From assembly GCA_043799675.1 (NCBI GenBank), contig JAZDNN010000035.1, forward strand, positions 1 through 10,766: DNA of 10,766 nt, given 5' to 3'. The notes beneath the pieces were generated by a model. That model did no database searches. It was not told the origin of the DNA and saw only the letters and a list, made by a program, of their open reading frames with translations. This DNA is from Candidatus Aenigmatarchaeota archaeon. GTDB lineage: Archaea > Aenigmatarchaeota > Aenigmatarchaeia > Aenigmatarchaeales > JACQIB01. This document shows, one piece after another, positions 6,040 through 10,766 of this stretch. Within the stretch, counting starts at the first letter, position 1, and each line of letters begins with the position of its first letter. The translations under genes were made by a program, and so were the position numbers.

Positions 6040-7748
6040 TGAACTGGAAGACCGTCCTGAAGGAATGGAAGATATTGCTTCTGCTTGTTATGGTAGCAGG
6101 CTCGTTGCTCCTGGTAGCACCGGTTTCCTCCGAAGGTGTTGTCGTGAAATCGGTCTCGGTGGACAGTCCGCTGGCGGGGAAGCTGGCCGCAGGGGAACGT
6201 TTGACATGGATGAACGAGCAGACGATAACGAAGCCCGCTGACGTCTATCAGTTTGAGAATTTCACCGGTACCCTGCGATTCATTCACGACGGCAAGCTGG
6301 ATCTTGCACAGATTACCAGACCGGGGCTTGGTTTGACCATCGAGGGCGGTTCCTCTTCAAAATTATCCTTCGGTCTTGATCTTGTCGGCGGCACGCGCGT
6401 ACTGCTAAAGCCTACAAAGAACGTGAGCTCGGCAATAATCGACCAGACCATAGCCACCCTCCAGACCCGCATAAACATCTACGGACTCAGGGAAGCGAAG
6501 TTCCAGGCCGTCAACGACGTTGAAGGGAACCGGTATGTGCAGATAGAGATGGCCGGCGCAACGCCTGCCGAGGTCGAGAACCTGCTGGCGAAGCAGGGGA
6601 CTTTCGAAGCGAAGATACCCAAGATACTTCACCTGAGCAACGGCACATCAACACTGCTTAATCGGACCGTGAGCGTGGAGGATGGAAAGCTTGTGTTGGA
6701 CGGGAAGCGTTTATCGATAAACGACACGTTCAGTCTTGGCGGGATAGAATGGGAATATACGAATTCAACCAAGGACGAAGCAACCGTGCTTGCTTCCGTG
6801 ATGTCGGGGAGCGACATCCGCTCCGTTTGCCTGATTGAACAGGCCGGGGTATGCACCTCACGGGTGCAGAAGGTCGAGGGAGGCTACGAGTTCGTGTTCC
6901 AGATAACCACCAGTGAGGAGGCCTCCCAGCACTTTGCGGATGTCACGCGCGGAATGCCCTCGATTGTCAACCCCCAGAGCGGTTCGGCCTATCTGGAGAG
7001 CCGCATATACTTCTACATCGACGGTAAGGACGTCACCGACCTTACCATCTCTTCCGACCTTGCCGGCCGCGCGCTTACCGACCCCTCAATAACCGGCTTC
7101 AGGACGACCAGGGATGAGGCGCTGAAGGAGAAGCTCGGTCTGCAGAGCATACTCCAGTCCGGCGCGTTGCCGGTTTCCCTTGACGTGATCCGCATGGACA
7201 GTGTCAGCGCCACCCTTGGAGCCGACTTCCTCAGGTCGACCGAATTGGCCGGTCTGATTGCCGCCGGGGCCGTCGCGGCCGTGATACTTTTCCGTTACAG
7301 GAGATGGAAGATAGTCGTCCCGATGGTGGCCGTCTCATTCAGCGAAGTCGTGATAATTCTGGGAGGCATATCGATAATCAATTACACCCTGGACCTTGCA
7401 GCGATAGCCGGAATAATTGCGACGCTCGGGACCTCGGTGGACGCGCAGATAATGGTGATAGACGAGCTCATTGCCAAGGAACGTATGTACACGTTCAAAC
7501 AGCGGCTGAAACGCGCGTTCTTCATGATATTCGGCAGCGCCGGAACGGTAGTTGCCGCCATGCTGCCTCTTGCAATCATCGGCATCGGCGTCATGCGCGG
7601 CTTCGCGATAGTGACCATGATGGGCGTGTTCATCGGCATCTTAGTCACGCGGCCGGCCTTCGCGCGCATAGCCGAAGTGATAATTGAGCGCGAGGAACGG
7701 AAGGCGCAGACCAAGCCTCCGGAACCGGCCCCGCCCGTGACTGCGTGA
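6036..7748 (+). CDS. secD: Protein translocase subunit SecD (archaeal type) with an N-terminal PDZ-like insert
   Basis: FGLDLVGGT, LQTRINIYGL, LQSGALP, VSATLG, IAGIIATLGTSVDAQIMVIDE, MRGFAIVT and ILVTRPAF. ATGA overlap with the secF stop, with a GAGGT Shine-Dalgarno-like motif upstream. Confidence 0.94.
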   Translation: MMNWKTVLKEWKILLLLVMVAGSLLLVAPVSSEGVVVKSVSVDSPLAGKLAAGERLTWMNEQTITKPADVYQFENFTGTLRFIHDGKLDLAQITRPGLGLTIEGGSSSKLSFGLDLVGGTRVLLKPTKNVSSAIIDQTIATLQTRINIYGLREAKFQAVNDVEGNRYVQIEMAGATPAEVENLLAKQGTFEAKIPKILHLSNGTSTLLNRTVSVEDGKLVLDGKRLSINDTFSLGGIEWEYTNSTKDEATVLASVMSGSDIRSVCLIEQAGVCTSRVQKVEGGYEFVFQITTSEEASQHFADVTRGMPSIVNPQSGSAYLESRIYFYIDGKDVTDLTISSDLAGRALTDPSITGFRTTRDEALKEKLGLQSILQSGALPVSLDVIRMDSVSATLGADFLRSTELAGLIAAGAVAAVILFRYRRWKIVVPMVAVSFSEVVIILGGISIINYTLDLAAIAGIIATLGTSVDAQIMVIDELIAKERMYTFKQRLKRAFFMIFGSAGTVVAAMLPLAIIGIGVMRGFAIVTMMGVFIGILVTRPAFARIAEVIIEREERKAQTKPPEPAPPVTA

Positions 7749-7793
7749 TGCGGACGCAAAACTTCTTGAACGGGCATCTGTATTTTTTGCCGG

Positions 7794-9011
7794 ATGTTTG
7801 AACTGCTGCTCGGGCTGGCATTTGGAATAGCGCTCGGTGTGTTCGCCGGGCTGCTTCCGGGACTGCACCCCAACACCCTCATCCCGTTGCTTGTCGGGGC
7901 GGCCGCCTACTTCGACCCGCTCACCGCCGCGGTCATCCTGGTGGCCACCGGAATCACCAACAGCTTTGTCGCGTTCATCCCGGCCATCCTGCTCGGCGCG
8001 CCCGAGGACTCCGAAGCCATGAGTGCGTTGCCTGGCCACCGCATGCTGCTGGCCGGCCGCGGCTATGAAGCGATAAAGCTCACCATAATCGGCGGGCTTG
8101 GCTCCGTTCTGCTCTGCCTCGCCCTGCTGCCGGTTCTCTGGTTCGGCTTTCCCGCCGTCTATTCCGCCACCCGCCCGTTCCTGCATTGGCTGCTTGCAGC
8201 TCTGGTGGCATACATGCTGCTGAGCGAACCCGTGTGGAAGAAGGCGGGCTGGGCATCGTTGACTTTCTTTTTGGCGGGAATCCTTGGCATTATTGCGCTC
8301 GACGGTTTCGGCGACTGGACCCTGTTCCCGATGCTGACCGGCCTGTTCGGCCTGCCGATGCTCCTGCTCAGCCTGAAACACAGGATAAAGCTTCCCGAAC
8401 ATTTCAGCTACGAGTCCGACCCCATGCCCGCAAGATCAAGGCTCGGCGGAATTGCCGCCGGTTCCGCGGCCGGGATTCTGGTCGGCCTGCTTCCGGGAAT
8501 AGGTTCGGCACAGGCCACCGTGCTTGCACAGGAAGCGGTCGGTCGCTCGAAGGATACCGGAACATCGGACAGGACTTTCCTGACTGCGGCCGGCGGTGTA
8601 AACGCTGCGGATTCGATTTACGGTCTGCTCGCCTTGTGGCTCGTGGGAAATCCTCGGAGCGGCATCTCCGTTGCAATCAGTCAGATGGCCGGAATGACTT
8701 CGGATTCGCTGCTGGTGATAATACCGGCACTTGTTGCGGCCGCGGGCATTGCGGCCTACATAACACTGAAGCTCGCGAGGACGGCTGTCCCATTATTGCG
8801 CCGCATCGATTACCGCCGCCTGAACATCCTGGTGGCCGGCATGCTGGTCGTCCTTGTCGCGTTCTTCAGCGGCTCGCTCGGTCTTGTGATACTGACCGTT
8901 TCAACGGCAATAGGTCTGATTCCGAACCTCACCGGCATCAGAAGGAGCCACGCGATGGGTTGTCTGCTGCTGCCCACGATTTTGTTCTTTGCGGGGCTCA
9001 CGCTGTTCTGA
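7794..9011 (+). CDS. TctA-family (DUF112) tripartite tricarboxylate transporter permease-like membrane protein, archaeal type
   Basis: Very hydrophobic 405 aa. Repeated family signature FAGLLPGLHPN / LVGLLPGIGSAQA, plus FIPAILLGAP, LPGHRMLLAGRGYEA, GNPRSG and RRSHAMG. Confidence 0.88.
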   Translation: MFELLLGLAFGIALGVFAGLLPGLHPNTLIPLLVGAAAYFDPLTAAVILVATGITNSFVAFIPAILLGAPEDSEAMSALPGHRMLLAGRGYEAIKLTIIGGLGSVLLCLALLPVLWFGFPAVYSATRPFLHWLLAALVAYMLLSEPVWKKAGWASLTFFLAGILGIIALDGFGDWTLFPMLTGLFGLPMLLLSLKHRIKLPEHFSYESDPMPARSRLGGIAAGSAAGILVGLLPGIGSAQATVLAQEAVGRSKDTGTSDRTFLTAAGGVNAADSIYGLLALWLVGNPRSGISVAISQMAGMTSDSLLVIIPALVAAAGIAAYITLKLARTAVPLLRRIDYRRLNILVAGMLVVLVAFFSGSLGLVILTVSTAIGLIPNLTGIRRSHAMGCLLLPTILFFAGLTLF

Positions 9012-9033
9012 TAAAAATAAAAAAGAGTGAAAA
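9012..9033 (-). terminator. T-rich tract between convergent genes (probable terminator for the protease gene)
   Basis: After the TAG the minus strand reads ATCATTTTCACTCTTTTTTATTTTTA. Confidence 0.5.
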
Positions 9034-9037
9034 TGAT

Positions 9038-10171
9038 CTAGGGTGCTATCGGAAGGCCGAAGCCAGAGTACTTGTCGTCACCTGCGCCGTCAAGGTCGTG
9101 GTTCTTCGCGAGATTGTCGAGGTAGGTCCTTGTATCGCTTGCACTTCCCTGCCACAGCTTTGCAGCCAGACCTGCGACGTGCGGTGTTGCCATCGAGGTG
9201 CCGCTCATGGTGTAGTAGCAGCCGTCCTTGTACGTGGATTGTACGCTTACGCCAGGTGCCGCCATCTCCACCTCTCCCGCTTCCTTGACGTAGTCACCGT
9301 CATTGGTTCCTACTGCAGACCACGAAGGAATCGCCTCGTTGCTATCTATGGCCCCTATGGACATCGGATAGGCATACGCGGCCGGATACGTCACCGCTCC
9401 TGGTCCCGAGTTGCCTGCCGCCACCACTACGAGAATTCCTTTGCTTTGCGCGTAGTTGACCGCGTTCTCCATGATGGTGCTTCCGCTGGTGCCGCCTATG
9501 CTTATGCTTATCACCTTGGCCCCGTTGTCGGCCGCATAGATGATGCCCTCGGCCAGGTCGTCCCAGTAGCAACCCGCCGGCTTGCAGACCTTGATTATCA
9601 TCAGGTTCGCGTCCGGTGCCACTCCGAGGATTTTCCCGTTGGCGGCGATTGTTCCGGCCACGTGCGTTCCGTGCCCGTCTGTGTCAGAACAGCCGTCCGC
9701 GATTTTCCTGCCCGTGGTGTCCTTGCACAGAACGATGTTGTTCTTCAGGTCCGGGTGTGTTGTCGCTGCGCCTGAGTCAAGCACGGCCACCTTGACCGGT
9801 GAGCCGTTGTACTTGCCACCGGAGCCGCCGTTGACCTTGGTTATTCCCCATGGTGTCTTTGCGGTCGGGTTGCATACTACCGGCGGTGGCTTTGCCTTTC
9901 CTTGGTCCTTGCCCTCCTTGTCCGGGTCCAGCAGCTGGCCCATCCCGACCTCTTCGACCTTCACTCCCTTCTTCTCGAGCTCCTTGATTTCCTTCTTGGT
10001 GAGCTCGGCCGTGAAGGTGTCACCGAAATCGTGGATGACATCGTAGCTGTCTTTCAGGTTCTTGTCGGTTATAGCTACCCTTTTGGTTTGTGAGTCGTCC
10101 GCCAGCACGGGCATTGTAAAAATCAAAGTCATGCCCAGAACCAGCAGCGACCCTAGAATTAACTTGCTCAT
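9038..10171 (-). CDS. Secreted S8 subtilisin-family serine protease (signal peptide, propeptide, catalytic domain)
   Basis: Catalytic motifs VAVLDSG (Asp), DGHGTHVAGTI (His), AAGNSG (oxyanion Asn) and SGTSMATPHVAG (Ser). N-terminal Sec-type signal MSKLILGSLLVLGMTLIFTMPVLA. Confidence 0.96.
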   Translation of the reverse strand: MSKLILGSLLVLGMTLIFTMPVLADDSQTKRVAITDKNLKDSYDVIHDFGDTFTAELTKKEIKELEKKGVKVEEVGMGQLLDPDKEGKDQGKAKPPPVVCNPTAKTPWGITKVNGGSGGKYNGSPVKVAVLDSGAATTHPDLKNNIVLCKDTTGRKIADGCSDTDGHGTHVAGTIAANGKILGVAPDANLMIIKVCKPAGCYWDDLAEGIIYAADNGAKVISISIGGTSGSTIMENAVNYAQSKGILVVVAAGNSGPGAVTYPAAYAYPMSIGAIDSNEAIPSWSAVGTNDGDYVKEAGEVEMAAPGVSVQSTYKDGCYYTMSGTSMATPHVAGLAAKLWQGSASDTRTYLDNLAKNHDLDGAGDDKYSGFGLPIAP

Positions 10172-10194
10172 GTGCTGGATTGAAGGTGCAGGGA

Positions 10195-10200
10195 CTTAAA
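10195..10200 (-). promoter_or_regulatory. TATA box for the protease gene, overlapping the polB stop codon
   Basis: Minus-strand TTTAAG starts 29 nt upstream of ATG 10171; the TAA at 10198-10196 is the polB stop. Confidence 0.55.
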
Positions 10201-10766
10201 TATTTGATTGCGCCTTCACTATCTTTCCCAAACTCCCGCCCTGCTGGAAGTAAAGCTGCCCGCCGCACTTCGGGCACACGCCTGAAAGGGAAGGCCTGTA
10301 GAAGGACCAGTTGCACTTCCCGCAGCTGATTGAATCGAAACCTGTGAGGACGGTGCTTTCTGGAGATACCGTTTTTCCGCTCGGACTGACAGCAATGCTT
10401 ACAGCACCGAGTTTCATCTGCTTGCTGCCTTCGAGCAGCTCGGTCTTGCTTATCCCGAGCGCCTCGAATATTCGTTCCAGCGGGGGAAGCAACTGGTTCT
10501 CGATGTAATAGGTGCTGTCTATCTCGAGGCCGTTTGCCTTCACGTAATCCGGGTCCTCGGCCCGCTTGCTGAGCATCGCATTGCCCTTTACTATCACGTA
10601 ACCGAGCCTTTCCCCGACCGCGCTCCCCCTCATCGGGTCCCTCGCCTTCAGTTTCTTTGCAAGCTCCACGTGCGGCTGCATTCCCTCGTAACTTTCCAGC
10701 GCCCTCGTCACTCCCTTCACCACGGTGAGCTTGTCCAGCGGTATCCTTCCGGCCGTCAGGTCCTTC
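10196..10766 (-). CDS. polB: Family B DNA polymerase, C-terminal fragment (thumb, PIP-like motif, C4 zinc finger); 5' part lies outside the window
   Basis: Frame is open to the right edge (KDLTAGRIPLDKLTVVKG...). Thumb motifs PHVELAKKL, RDP, GERLGYVIVKG, RAEDP and IDSTYYIENQLLPPLERIFEALG. Confidence 0.93.
   Translation of the reverse strand, partial: KDLTAGRIPLDKLTVVKGVTRALESYEGMQPHVELAKKLKARDPMRGSAVGERLGYVIVKGNAMLSKRAEDPDYVKANGLEIDSTYYIENQLLPPLERIFEALGISKTELLEGSKQMKLGAVSIAVSPSGKTVSPESTVLTGFDSISCGKCNWSFYRPSLSGVCPKCGGQLYFQQGGSLGKIVKAQSNI

Noticed and set aside
7382..8402. Minus-strand ORFs 7382-7882 and 7641-8402
   Set aside because: Antisense shadows of secD and the TctA-like gene.
8186..9775. 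529-aa plus-strand ORF spanning the TctA-like gene and the protease
   Set aside because: It is out of frame within one well-supported gene and antisense to another. The Arg/Cys-rich translation has no recognisable motifs and is best explained as a GC-rich shadow ORF.
10196..10723. Stand-alone 175-aa protein or split polymerase subunit, as suggested by the ORF track
   Set aside because: The frame stays open to the window edge with continued PolB-like sequence, so the apparent start is an edge artefact. A split further upstream cannot be assessed from this window.
1..10766. CRISPR arrays, tRNA/rRNA genes, IS elements, inteins, frameshifts
   Set aside because: No periodic repeats, cloverleaf motifs, transposase motifs, terminal inverted repeats or broken reading frames were seen by eye. 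Almost all the sequence is accounted for by intact CDSs.

Overview
Gene-dense archaeal chromosomal segment. Evidence for an archaeal origin: TATA-like boxes about 27-32 nt upstream of first genes, secF-secD order, an archaeal-type TctA-like permease and an archaeal family-B polymerase. A DPANN-type host is plausible but only inferred. Left half (minus strand): a geranylgeranyl-reductase-family gene, a small cupin, a coupled GT2 (Dol-P-sugar synthase-like) / FAD oxidoreductase / DUF362 operon, and a divergent nucleotide-sugar dehydrogenase that runs off the window and is missing from the ORF track. Together these look like a glycan/lipid-carrier modification locus. Right half: divergently transcribed secF, secD (with a PDZ-like insert and a sequon-rich ectodomain) and a stand-alone TctA/DUF112 permease, then on the minus strand a secreted subtilisin S41/sphericase-like protease and the 3' end of a Pol-delta-like PolB with an internal PIP-like motif and a C-terminal C4 zinc finger. 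No tRNA, rRNA, CRISPR array or mobile element was seen. All family assignments come from motif recognition by eye; no database search was run.
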